DNA from: an uncultured bacterium
Lineage (GTDB): Bacteria; Omnitrophota; Omnitrophia; Omnitrophales; Aquincolibacteriaceae
Assembly (NCBI GenBank): GCA_964581425.1
Contig: CAZOOM010000001.1
Coordinates: forward strand, 5,183-69,182
Reading direction: 5' to 3'
Length of the DNA: 64,000 nucleotides
Each line of letters opens with the position of its first letter. Within the stretch, counting starts at the first letter, position 1. Made by a program: the position numbers and the translations under genes. Positions 18,424-27,957 of this stretch are shown piece by piece. A model generated the notes under the pieces. It was not told the origin of the DNA. It saw only the letters and a list, made by a program, of their open reading frames with translations, and did no database searches.

Positions 18424-18633
18424 AAGATTCCTTTCTTCAATGTGGAGTAAGGTTAGTATTGTATGTCTTTTTTTAAGAATGCCAAGTCCTGAGAATTCTG
18501 CGAAAAGGGGGTGTGACAGGATCTGATATTTTCGATTATAATGATTCAAAGACGAAAAAAACAGCTTCAAGTTTTGTGGCTCTAAAGTGTAATTCATTTT
18601 ATCCCCATAAGATAGCATGATTGAGGTGAAAGC

Positions 18634-19812
18634 TTGACCGAACTATTAAAAAATACGGATGCGCCATCTTCTTCTAAACCCCAGATGATTTGGGTCAATA
18701 TCATCTTTTTTCTAACGATCACCCTAGTGGCGCTGATTGGGACACCAATTTATTTATGGAAATACTCTTGGCCGCCTGCGATGACTGTATGGCTAACTTT
18801 GTTTTATTTGGTAGCCACGGGCATGAGTATTACGGCTGGGTATCACCGGTTATTTGCTCACGTGACTTACAAGGCGCATCCAATTCTTGAGTTTTTCTAT
18901 TTATTTTTCGGAGCTGCTGCTTTTGAGCAATCGGTTCTCGAGTGGTCAGCCCAGCACCGGGATCATCATCTTTATGTGGATACGGACCAGGATCCTTACA
19001 GCATCAAAAAAGGTTTTTTTTATGCTCACATGGGCTGGATCCTTTTTTGGAAGCATGAAGTTCCGTTTGGCCATGCCAAAGATCTTCAGAAAAATCCCAT
19101 GGTCATGCATCAGTACAAGCATTATCACTTTTGGTGTATTGGAAGCGGAATCATTCTTCCAACCTTGCTCGGTGCTCTTTATGGAGATGCGTTAGGCGCT
19201 TTTATTTTTGTGGTTTGTCTTCGCCTTGTGATTGTTCATCACGCAACTTTTTGCATCAATTCAGTCTGTCACATGTTTGGCCGCGCAACTTATGATCCCG
19301 AAGCTACGGCAAGAGATCATTGGCTGGTGGCGTTAATTACCAACGGGGAAGGGTACCATAATTTTCATCATCGTTTTGCTGCCGATTATCGCAACGGCGT
19401 TCGTTGGTATCACTGGGATCCTTCCAAATGGCTGATTTTATTTTTGAGTTTTTTGGGCCTCACAAAGGACTTAAAAACAACCTCGCAATTTCGAATTATA
19501 GAAGCCAAGCTCAAAGCGGATGCATGGCGTGTTCGCAATTGGTTAGACAAACAGCCGGAACCCTTGCGTTTTAAAAAATTGGCTGCGGAGCTGGAAACGC
19601 ATTTTACGATGCTATGCCAGCATCTTTCGGATTGGGAAGCCAGTGCGCGTACTCATCGAAGAATTGTTGCGGATGAAGCCCAGAAAAAATCAGCTGAAAT
19701 TTGCGTGCAAGCGAAAGCTCAGTTGAAAGAGGCGAGTGATCGGTTTTACAGCACCTTAAATCAATGGAAATCGATGATGGGTTCGCAGCCTGGTCTTGCC
19801 TCAGTGATCTAG
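18634..19812 (+). CDS. Membrane fatty-acid desaturase of the acyl-CoA/acyl-lipid delta-9 (DesC/SCD) family.
   Basis: Three His boxes: HRLFAH, HRDHHLY and HNFHHRF. It is N-terminally hydrophobic. TTG start with GAGGTGA RBS. Confidence 0.85.
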   Translation: MTELLKNTDAPSSSKPQMIWVNIIFFLTITLVALIGTPIYLWKYSWPPAMTVWLTLFYLVATGMSITAGYHRLFAHVTYKAHPILEFFYLFFGAAAFEQSVLEWSAQHRDHHLYVDTDQDPYSIKKGFFYAHMGWILFWKHEVPFGHAKDLQKNPMVMHQYKHYHFWCIGSGIILPTLLGALYGDALGAFIFVVCLRLVIVHHATFCINSVCHMFGRATYDPEATARDHWLVALITNGEGYHNFHHRFAADYRNGVRWYHWDPSKWLILFLSFLGLTKDLKTTSQFRIIEAKLKADAWRVRNWLDKQPEPLRFKKLAAELETHFTMLCQHLSDWEASARTHRRIVADEAQKKSAEICVQAKAQLKEASDRFYSTLNQWKSMMGSQPGLASVI

Positions 19813-19844
19813 CGTTCCACGGATGATCAAATCTTAGGATGTCA

Positions 19845-19877
19845 TAAAAAAGGCCCCTTATCTAGGGGCCTTTTTTT
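19845..19877. terminator. Bidirectional rho-independent terminator between convergent genes.
   Basis: AAAAAA then AGGCCCCT, a TATCT loop, AGGGGCCT, then TTTTTTT. The stem is 8 bp with an A-tract on one side and a T-tract on the other. It serves the desaturase (+) and the giant ORF (-). Confidence 0.65.
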
Positions 19878-19899
19878 GTCACAAGAGTTTCAGAATTAA

Positions 19900-22800
19900 T
19901 TACTCATGTGCTCCAACCAGCTTTCTGGAAGGGGTTGATGGCTTCTCTGTTTTGACAGATGCAGCTTCAGGAACTTTCTTAAGCGGACTTTTTGAAATAT
20001 CACGTTTCACTTTTGTGATCTTTAAATTTCCGCGAGGTTTATCCAAGTCACTCGGAAGGACGAGCTGATTTCGGATTAACGTTGCGCCTGCAACCCCTTC
20101 AAAAGCCTGTCGCAGCATCCAGCCAGCGGCGCCGGTGTAACCATTCCAAATCATGCGGCCAAGTTCAAATGTAGTAAGAAAGTCAGCCGGCTGTTTGTTC
20201 GGTTGTCCGCCGTAAATTTCAATTTCCTGAGGTGTGACGTGAGCAATCGGAGAAACTTTTTGCCAGAGCCGATAAGCGGTTGCTCGGTACTCTTCAGCTT
20301 TTGCGTGATCCTTGCGCGCTTCAAATTCTTCAGCGAGTAATCTTGCGGCACGCACGAGCCACTGAACACCGTGACAGTACATTCCATTTTCACGGACACC
20401 TTCAGGATATTTGCTGCTCCGTCCGAGATAGGGTTTGCTGTCTTCGCGAAGCGCGGGCCATCCGAGAAGGATACAACTGCCGCGTTCGAGAACTTGAAGT
20501 GCGGTATTGAACACCGTAACCGCGCGTTCGAAATTCATGCCGGCCATGACAGCCCATGCCGCGGTCAAGGCATCGATTTCCCAAATGCCGCTGTCTTTGA
20601 CACCGATTTCCGTACCATCATCATGAAAGGCACGAAGATAGCGGTCGCCACGCCAAGTGGTTTCCAGACACTCTTTAAGTGCTTCCAGTTTTTGAACATA
20701 AAATGCTTTTTTCTGTGCGCCTTCTTTACGTTCAATAATAGGAACCATTTCTTTTAGGATGTAATAGAGGAAAAATCCGAGCCACACACTTTCACCGTGA
20801 CCTTCGCCTCCGATTTCATCGAGTCCGTCATTCCAGTCTCCGGTCCCCATTAACGGAAGACCGTGTTTGCCGGTGCGTTTTTTGATCACAAGATCAATCG
20901 AACGCATGCAATGTTTGTAAAGCGTATCACCGCGCGTGGTCCGATGATAAAGATGCCCCCAGCCGCCTTTATTTTTCGGAAGCTGAGCAAACGGAAACTC
21001 CGACATGACGTAAGATGCCATCTCATCCAGAATCGTGTCATCACCCGTCATGCGAATATATTCCACAGCAGCCCAAGCGAGCCAGAGCGGATTATCCGAA
21101 GCGTGTGAGCGGCAAGAAAATGCCGTGCGTCCGTCCACGAGCGTGAAGAACCAGTGAAACACATCGCCTTCTAAGAACTGCTGAGAGGCATGCAGAAGGA
21201 TTTGCTTCCGTGCCAATGCTGGATCCATCCAAATCAGATTGATCGTGTCCTGCAACTGATCGCGGAAACCGTAAGCGCCGCTGGTTTGATAAAAACCTTT
21301 GCGTGCCCAGATGCGTTCGGCGAGTGCCTGATATTTGAGCCAGTTTTGATAGCGGTCAAACTCAGGTTGATTGGTTTCCACTTTGGCGGATTCCATAAGC
21401 GCGAGCCACCACTGGCGCGTGCTCTCAAGACTCTTTTTCGCATTTTCCAGATTTTTATATTTTTGAACAATGCGGGCAGCATCTTTTTCAGAATCCGTTT
21501 GACCAAGTACCACAGCCAATGTGAATTCCTGATGCGACGGAATTTCAACCGAACCAAGGAAAGCAGCAATTTGTCCGGGATCCTTCGATTCTTTTTCATC
21601 CGGATGTCCCATTTCAACTAAGTAAGGGTGCGAGGGTCCGCGTCCGTCTCCAAAAAATCGTCCGCGTTTAGTTTCGACGAGTTCCGGATTCACAGACATT
21701 GAGGCAAAGGCCCAGCCATTTCTAAAAATATTTCTCGGGTTTGAGAAATAAAGTGCGTTCAAAGCCTTGTCATGTTTCGTGACAAGCGGGCCTGAACGTT
21801 CCGGCTGAAAGGAAAGAACCATCTGAAAATAAGGAGCCACACGAAGCCTGCGTGTTTGGTTTCCTGTATTTTTGATGCGCAAAAGGTAAATGCCAGTAGG
21901 TTCATCAGTAGGAACAAAAACCGTAAGCTCTGTGGACAAGGTTCCTTTAGACATGCGGAACACTGCTGTCCCGTCCACGCTGAAATCACAATCATGTTTG
22001 GCACTCACATCATTAATGGGGTGATACGTGGGAGAAAACCATTCCTTCTGATCTTGGTCATAAAGATAAATGGCCTCAGTAGGAATTTCTTTCGTGACCG
22101 TATCCGGCCAATCTGGCGTGAGACGATTTTGCTGTGAGTTTCCGTTACACGAAGTGTGAAGTCCGCGATTCGTGACCATGACTGAATGCGTGGGGTTTGA
22201 CATCCCGTGGTCAAAAGGCCGAGGAGTAAACGGAGTCAGCACGCGCATGGTATTGCCTTTATCCAGAAACTCAAAATAAGGTTGCGGAGTTTTGGGATAA
22301 ACTTCTCCGTGTCCGATTAAGAGGCTGCGTTTTTTGCCAGCCGCTGGCACGGATTTAGGAGCCAGAGGTTTTAAGAATTTTTGGATCAAATCAAGGGCAA
22401 TGCCTTTGTTTTTGGAGTAACCTATGACGAGTTTCATGCTCACAGATGCTTGAGCGCCTACCGGGGCATTGACCATCAAGCTTCCAATAGGGTCAAAGGT
22501 TGGGCAAGCGGGCGTGTCCTTTGCAGGCAGAAAATCCAAAGTCTCAAGCGCTCGAGGAGTCCAGACACTTTTCCCACGTCCGATGAAATCAACTCGGCCT
22601 GTGAGGAATCCTTCCGGAGCGAGATCCGAGGCCATGAATCCCATGGACTTCGTGCTCTTTTGCCAAGAAATAATGGCATTCGCTCCGCTCACATATTCCA
22701 TTTCAGGATAAAGACGAGCGTACTGAGTATGGAATCGGTCGTGCATCCAACCGTTTAAAACCCACTCAAGATACGAAACGACTTTGAGCTGCCGCGGTTT

Positions 22801-25800
22801 TTCTGTCAAATTCTCTACCGTGATATTCCAAAGCTCAACAGGGCTGTCCTGATCAGGCAGTCGGATTTCGATCGTGGATTTGACACCGTTGTGAGTTTGG
22901 GTGAGCTTTAAACTGTCTTCAACTTTTTCAACGCTCGCATTAGGAAAATATTCACGAGGACAGTTTCCCATTATAGGCCAGGATACAATTTTCCCTTTGG
23001 CCGCATCAGTCGTGTCGACGATGAAGAGAATGCGTCCCGTGGGATCCATAAAATCGTAGGATCGGCGGCTGATGTCGCACTCTTTTCCTGTGAGTTCACT
23101 GTAAACTTCTGCATTGGCTTTTGCGGTCACTTTATACTCCCGATTTGAGAGTTCGAAGGACGCAAGGGCCTTTTTGGCTGCGCGCTCGCGTGAAGCACGA
23201 ATCAAAAATGCGAAAAAGGAGCAAACCAAAATCGCTCCTGCCATTAGGAAAAACATTTGTCCTGCAGAGAGCGATTGAAGAAAAGCGAGCAGCCCTTTTC
23301 CTCGGTTTGCATTTTGCATGGCTTCCGAAGCACTCCAAACATATTCCCATTCAGCGCCGCGCGGGATGTAAAAAGGAATCAGAAGAGGCGCCCAAGTGGT
23401 AAAGCGTTTGACCCCTTCAGGGATGTAGCGCTGAGCCGCGGCAGGTCCAATAAATCGTGACAGTTTTTCGTCCAATCGATCCATGCCGATGAAGCTCAAA
23501 TTCACAAGCGTGGCCACGCGAAGTCCCATGTGGTCCATCCAAATCAGGATGCGGAGAAAATCAAAAGCCATCATCCAAAGGAAAACCTGAAGACTCCAGT
23601 TGTGGAAATCTGTCGGAGAAGAGGTTGTGTTATGCCAGATGGCAAACAGGGTGCGGATGGCTCCGTCCTGGTTGTACCAAGTCGGCTCGGGCATGACGCG
23701 TAAAAAGGTGGCAATAATCGGTGACATCCAAAGTCCCCAACGAAGGACGTAAATCAAGTTTTCGATTAACGAAGCAAATCCCGCTTTGGAAAAGAAAAAT
23801 TTGATTGGAGTCGTATCTTTTTCAAAAATGGATTGAAGAAAAACTTTGTTGATGGCAAAGAGCCAGGCTGCGATCGACCAGTTGATGACTCCGGCAAGAG
23901 ATTCGAGGAAAATCAATTTGACTCCGCCTGAGTAATGACCCAGATCAATGCGTCCCCATTTGTTTAAGAGGGGAATGGTGTTGTAGGCGATCGGATCAAA
24001 TCCTGAGCTTGTGTAGAGCTTGAATTTTTCTACAATCACAGGCACTTGAGCGGCATCAAGGTAAAACGCGACTGCACTTCCTACGAAAATCCCAAAAATG
24101 GAATCAGTGAAATAAAGTTTCCAAGTTTGAATTTTCCCTTGATGGCGAAGGCCGTAAAAAATATCCCGAAGAAGACTGACGCCTCCGGAGGCCAGAAGTC
24201 CCATCATCAAACCGAAAACAATTCGGTCCGGCATGGCTTTGGTGAACATTCCTTGAGAAAACATCACGGCAAATCCGTAGCCTGCGATCGCTCCGCGCAA
24301 ATACAACCAGCCATTTTGATAGCTGTAAGCTGTGCGTTCAAAAAAAGGAAGGCTGCCGTCAAAGGTTTCGATAATGGTTTTCAGGAATGGGAAAATCAAA
24401 GCACCGGCCAAAATCCCAATAAAGATGGGCGAGCTTGTCATGGCGCTGTGGACAAACGATAATTTGAGTGTGATTTGAAGCGCGTAAAGAATGGCCATCA
24501 AAATCGAGCTATAGGCAAATCCTTTGCGGGCACCGGTATCGATATTTTTGAAAATATTTTCTGGAGTTGGGGCCGCATTTTTTCCAGCGTCCAAGAAAAT
24601 ACCAGTTAAAAGATAAACTTCCCCCCAAAGACCTGCGAAAGAAAGACCGGTCGCGATGACTGCGATCACAGCTTGCAACAGAATCGGCAGGGAAGCCACG
24701 CCAGCTGATGATGCGAGTCCAGCAATCATCGGAGCTGCGGTGGCACCCAGAGAAACCCCAAGCAAAATCCAGTGGGCTTTTGCGGTTTTGAGGATTCTTC
24801 CTTTGGTCAGCATTCCAAAACTGTTCGTAACGATCTCATTAAAAAGAAAAAGTACAAGAGCGCGGCCCAGAAACTCCGCCATGGCAGGCCATGCCTTGGT
24901 AAGAGTCAGAGTAAGGCCCAATCCGAGTTTTTGAAGCAGGATGGGGTTTTCGAGCAAGAGCAGCCATCCAAAAAGGAATGGGGTCAGGACAATCATAAAA
25001 GCAGGTGTCTTTTTGAGATGTTTTCCGGAAGAGCACATGCTATTAGCATTAAAAATTTGATAAATCAAAAAGGCGATGCACGCGGTCAGCTTGTTGATTT
25101 GGAAAAGCTCGCTCCATCCTGCAGGCGCTTGTAAAAGATCAAGCCGGCTTGAAGCTACTGCCAGCATTCCGGTGAGAAAAATATTTTGGAACACTTCACC
25201 GCGACTGAGATGTTTTCCCGTCAAACGGATTTTTAGAAGTTCAGCAATTAATCCTCCTGCTAAAGCGACCGCAAGAAAGGTCCAACTGAAACCAACATCT
25301 AAAATACCAGAAGTGCCGAGTGAGTAAATCCGAATCGCAAGTGCGAGAATAAAAATCGTCATGGTTCCGGTAAAAAAATCTCTGCCCGAAAAGCCTTTGG
25401 GAGATTCTTTGGGCTTTTCCGGGGTCGCGGATTTGCTGGATTTAAGAACTAAGCCAGCGAACCACGAGAAAATAAGAGCGGTCAGGAGCACAAGTCCTAA
25501 TTTAAGAAATGTGGCATGACGCTCCACAAAAGTAGTTTGATTAAAATCAAAATCAAAGAAAAAAGAACCCATTACAGGCTTGATCTCTTCGGGCTTAGCA
25601 TTCATGGGCGGAACAATCATGGGGCTTACAACAAAAACAAATTCACGAAGTTCGCCAATCTTATTCCATCGGATAAATTCGCGCAGAGAATTCCACCCTG
25701 TTTTGAGCTGCAAAATGGGAATGATTTGGGTATCCAGGCTTCCCTTGACTTCAATTTTAACGGCTGCTTGGCGGGCATTTTGGTTTTCAGGAATTTTGAC

Positions 25801-27219
25801 ACCGACTCTGACAGCATCTGCGTTTGCTGGCTTGAGTCCTTCCGGAAATGTTTTGGACCACACACCTACCACGGTTCCCTGAGGAAGATTGTAGTCAAAT
25901 TTCCAAACATCTTTTTCGAGCGTTTCATCGTAAGCCACGGCAACATTGCCTGAAGAATTACCGATATTAAAAACGCCTTTTTCTCCAGCATCAAAAAGGG
26001 TATAGGCCGGAAGCGGTCCAGAGTTTTTCACTTCAGTGGATTTGCGTTTTACAAATTCGAGTGAAAAATCAAGAGTTCCTTTGGCTTCACTACCGGTGGT
26101 TTCAGGATTTAAAATTAAACTCACTTCTTTCAAGGCTGCAATCGAAGACCAATCAATGGATTGCTGAATCGAGTTCCATCCGGATTTAAGCTGGAGGGGG
26201 ATGGTTTGAGTTCCCTGGCTGCCTTTGATTTCAAGCTGAGTGGAAATGGATTTTGCCTGAGCGTCGTCCAAAAGACGAATTCCAAGCTTCACCGTATTGA
26301 TGACTTCACCGGTTAATGTTTCAGGATAGTCTTTGGTCCAAAGTTTGACAGATCCCTTTTGAGGAAGGACATAATCAAGTTCAATGACGTCTTTTCCCAT
26401 GGCTTCATCAAAAGTAGAAGTCACAGTGCCCTTGGAAGCTTCTCCAGCATCAGCGCCATTTTCTTTGGCATCAAGATGCGAGTAGGAAGTTTTCACTTGA
26501 GCAGGTTGCGCGGCAGGCATTTCAATGTTCGGAGTTTCAATCTTGGGGGCAATTTTTTCTACAACTTCGGTTGCCTCTTTGGTAGCCGCAGGAATGACAT
26601 CGGCAACTTTGGCTTTTACGGTTTTGACGATTGGTGCGCGAAAAGAAAGATCCGAGGTGAAATCTAAAGTCCCTTTGACAGTTTCTGTGGCGCTTTTCGG
26701 ACTGATGATAAAAACAATTTGATCCAAATTTCCAATCGTTGACCAATCAATCGAAGCCTGGGCATTGGACCATCCTGATCTCACAGAAACCGGTACCGAC
26801 TGTGTATTGACAGTACCTCGGATTTCCATAGCAATCGAGATTTGAGCCGCTTGGCTTGCTTCAAGGGTTTTGATTCCAGCTTTGAGAAGGTTTACACTTT
26901 CAGGTGTGACTGCAGCGGGAAAGTTTTTTGTCCAAACGACCAAAGATGAGTTCGGGGCCAATGTGTAATCCAGTTCGAGCACATCTTTGCGCGCAGACTC
27001 ATCATAAGTTGAAGTTAGAGTCCCCTTGGCCTCTCCCTTGATCACAACGCCATTTTCTTTGGCATCGAGAAGGGAATAGGTGGCGGTTTCAGCTGCTTGC
27101 AACATTCCAAGATGTGGAATGGCAAAGAGTCCGGCAGTCAAGATAACGGCTGCCAGCATGAGCGCGGAAAAGCGCTGATGAGATGCGATCGCTTGTTTAA
27201 GACGGGTCCATGACTTCAT
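19900..27219 (-). CDS. Giant multidomain membrane protein of about 2440 aa. It has a signal/TM, three tandem ~150-aa extracytoplasmic repeats, a polytopic membrane domain of about 850 aa, and a GH94 glycoside phosphorylase module made of two N-terminal beta-sandwich-like regions plus an (alpha/alpha)6 catalytic domain. It resembles a cyclic-beta-1,2-glucan-synthase C-terminal region.
   Basis: GH94 hallmarks are present: GAYGFRDQLQD and the catalytic GDWND (about 20826-20840 on the minus strand), plus YCHGVQWL. The three repeats each carry ...LDAKENG...KGT.TST.DE...KDV.ELDY.L......WTK..P........K.GI.......A.......EI.G...TQ..P...KSGWN.....IDWS.I. The membrane region (about 22950-25500) has at least 16 predicted helices. 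The likely start is ATG 27219 with an AAGGAA RBS. The track ORF begins at 27270. The C-terminus is a Lys/Pro-rich tail. Confidence 0.85.
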   Translation of the reverse strand: MKSWTRLKQAIASHQRFSALMLAAVILTAGLFAIPHLGMLQAAETATYSLLDAKENGVVIKGEAKGTLTSTYDESARKDVLELDYTLAPNSSLVVWTKNFPAAVTPESVNLLKAGIKTLEASQAAQISIAMEIRGTVNTQSVPVSVRSGWSNAQASIDWSTIGNLDQIVFIISPKSATETVKGTLDFTSDLSFRAPIVKTVKAKVADVIPAATKEATEVVEKIAPKIETPNIEMPAAQPAQVKTSYSHLDAKENGADAGEASKGTVTSTFDEAMGKDVIELDYVLPQKGSVKLWTKDYPETLTGEVINTVKLGIRLLDDAQAKSISTQLEIKGSQGTQTIPLQLKSGWNSIQQSIDWSSIAALKEVSLILNPETTGSEAKGTLDFSLEFVKRKSTEVKNSGPLPAYTLFDAGEKGVFNIGNSSGNVAVAYDETLEKDVWKFDYNLPQGTVVGVWSKTFPEGLKPANADAVRVGVKIPENQNARQAAVKIEVKGSLDTQIIPILQLKTGWNSLREFIRWNKIGELREFVFVVSPMIVPPMNAKPEEIKPVMGSFFFDFDFNQTTFVERHATFLKLGLVLLTALIFSWFAGLVLKSSKSATPEKPKESPKGFSGRDFFTGTMTIFILALAIRIYSLGTSGILDVGFSWTFLAVALAGGLIAELLKIRLTGKHLSRGEVFQNIFLTGMLAVASSRLDLLQAPAGWSELFQINKLTACIAFLIYQIFNANSMCSSGKHLKKTPAFMIVLTPFLFGWLLLLENPILLQKLGLGLTLTLTKAWPAMAEFLGRALVLFLFNEIVTNSFGMLTKGRILKTAKAHWILLGVSLGATAAPMIAGLASSAGVASLPILLQAVIAVIATGLSFAGLWGEVYLLTGIFLDAGKNAAPTPENIFKNIDTGARKGFAYSSILMAILYALQITLKLSFVHSAMTSSPIFIGILAGALIFPFLKTIIETFDGSLPFFERTAYSYQNGWLYLRGAIAGYGFAVMFSQGMFTKAMPDRIVFGLMMGLLASGGVSLLRDIFYGLRHQGKIQTWKLYFTDSIFGIFVGSAVAFYLDAAQVPVIVEKFKLYTSSGFDPIAYNTIPLLNKWGRIDLGHYSGGVKLIFLESLAGVINWSIAAWLFAINKVFLQSIFEKDTTPIKFFFSKAGFASLIENLIYVLRWGLWMSPIIATFLRVMPEPTWYNQDGAIRTLFAIWHNTTSSPTDFHNWSLQVFLWMMAFDFLRILIWMDHMGLRVATLVNLSFIGMDRLDEKLSRFIGPAAAQRYIPEGVKRFTTWAPLLIPFYIPRGAEWEYVWSASEAMQNANRGKGLLAFLQSLSAGQMFFLMAGAILVCSFFAFLIRASRERAAKKALASFELSNREYKVTAKANAEVYSELTGKECDISRRSYDFMDPTGRILFIVDTTDAAKGKIVSWPIMGNCPREYFPNASVEKVEDSLKLTQTHNGVKSTIEIRLPDQDSPVELWNITVENLTEKPRQLKVVSYLEWVLNGWMHDRFHTQYARLYPEMEYVSGANAIISWQKSTKSMGFMASDLAPEGFLTGRVDFIGRGKSVWTPRALETLDFLPAKDTPACPTFDPIGSLMVNAPVGAQASVSMKLVIGYSKNKGIALDLIQKFLKPLAPKSVPAAGKKRSLLIGHGEVYPKTPQPYFEFLDKGNTMRVLTPFTPRPFDHGMSNPTHSVMVTNRGLHTSCNGNSQQNRLTPDWPDTVTKEIPTEAIYLYDQDQKEWFSPTYHPINDVSAKHDCDFSVDGTAVFRMSKGTLSTELTVFVPTDEPTGIYLLRIKNTGNQTRRLRVAPYFQMVLSFQPERSGPLVTKHDKALNALYFSNPRNIFRNGWAFASMSVNPELVETKRGRFFGDGRGPSHPYLVEMGHPDEKESKDPGQIAAFLGSVEIPSHQEFTLAVVLGQTDSEKDAARIVQKYKNLENAKKSLESTRQWWLALMESAKVETNQPEFDRYQNWLKYQALAERIWARKGFYQTSGAYGFRDQLQDTINLIWMDPALARKQILLHASQQFLEGDVFHWFFTLVDGRTAFSCRSHASDNPLWLAWAAVEYIRMTGDDTILDEMASYVMSEFPFAQLPKNKGGWGHLYHRTTRGDTLYKHCMRSIDLVIKKRTGKHGLPLMGTGDWNDGLDEIGGEGHGESVWLGFFLYYILKEMVPIIERKEGAQKKAFYVQKLEALKECLETTWRGDRYLRAFHDDGTEIGVKDSGIWEIDALTAAWAVMAGMNFERAVTVFNTALQVLERGSCILLGWPALREDSKPYLGRSSKYPEGVRENGMYCHGVQWLVRAARLLAEEFEARKDHAKAEEYRATAYRLWQKVSPIAHVTPQEIEIYGGQPNKQPADFLTTFELGRMIWNGYTGAAGWMLRQAFEGVAGATLIRNQLVLPSDLDKPRGNLKITKVKRDISKSPLKKVPEAASVKTEKPSTPSRKLVGAHE
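25545..27087 (-). repeat. Three tandem ~150-aa protein-domain repeats inside the giant ORF. This is the extracytoplasmic N-terminal region. A carbohydrate-binding-module role is possible.
   Basis: Protein residues about 62-215, 262-410 and 425-575 align with each other at roughly 30-40% identity. DNA identity is low, so this is an old duplication. Confidence 0.6.
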
Positions 27220-27957
27220 AGGATGGTTCCTTTTCTTCAGTGGTTTTTTAAAACTTAGCAAACAAATCAAAAAAATGATTTCAAGTCATCATGATTTTAG
27301 GAAGGTCGCAATTTGTTTTTGAAATACGCATTCGATTGCTCAAAACTTTTTGCGAGACTATTTTATTTCTTTATTAAGAGCCCGAGTTAACCAAGAACAC
27401 GAATCCCTTAATTATTTTTTTTCGATTGAACACTCGCAGATTGCCTTGGAAATTTCAGGAAGTGGATCGCTTGGGAGAGCGTTCTAACCTGATGCTTGCC
27501 AAAGGCCTAAGCAGAGTTCCCATCCTAAAAGGCCAGATGAACTTTCCTATTATATCCATGACAGGCGGATAGGTAAAAATTTTTCTTGATCTTTTTCAAC
27601 CTAATAAAAGGTCGCTCCCCATTGGGGTCTCATTCCTTATGAAAGAAGATAAAGACTTCATGAAATTGATCAAGAATGCAAACAAATGGGCTTGGATGGT
27701 CACAATCAGAATACAACTGACTAGCGGGTACCCCTTAGGTCCCTTATGGATTAGGAGCCTGATCGGTGAAGAATCTCCTTTTGGTAATCATCCCTCTCTT
27801 TTGAGGTCAGCTGATCCGGGAAAAGCCCAATTTCGATATCGTAAGAATCTCCTTTGAGGCCTGTACTCATGGGTACGGAGCCTTGTCTGAGCAAACGGTC
27901 TGCGTAGAGTTCCTTTTTAAAGAATCCCGAGTGAGTAATAAAAGGATGAGGCGAGTA

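Noticed and set aside
20151-26746. Many 60-145 aa antisense or alternative-frame ORFs inside the giant GH94 gene
   Set aside because: Shadow ORFs inside a 7.3-kb gene with continuous homology. No domains and no start signals.
27639-27857. 72-aa + strand ORF in the long intergenic leader
   Set aside because: No RBS, odd composition, and it lies in the probable 5-prime UTR or promoter region of the giant minus-strand gene.
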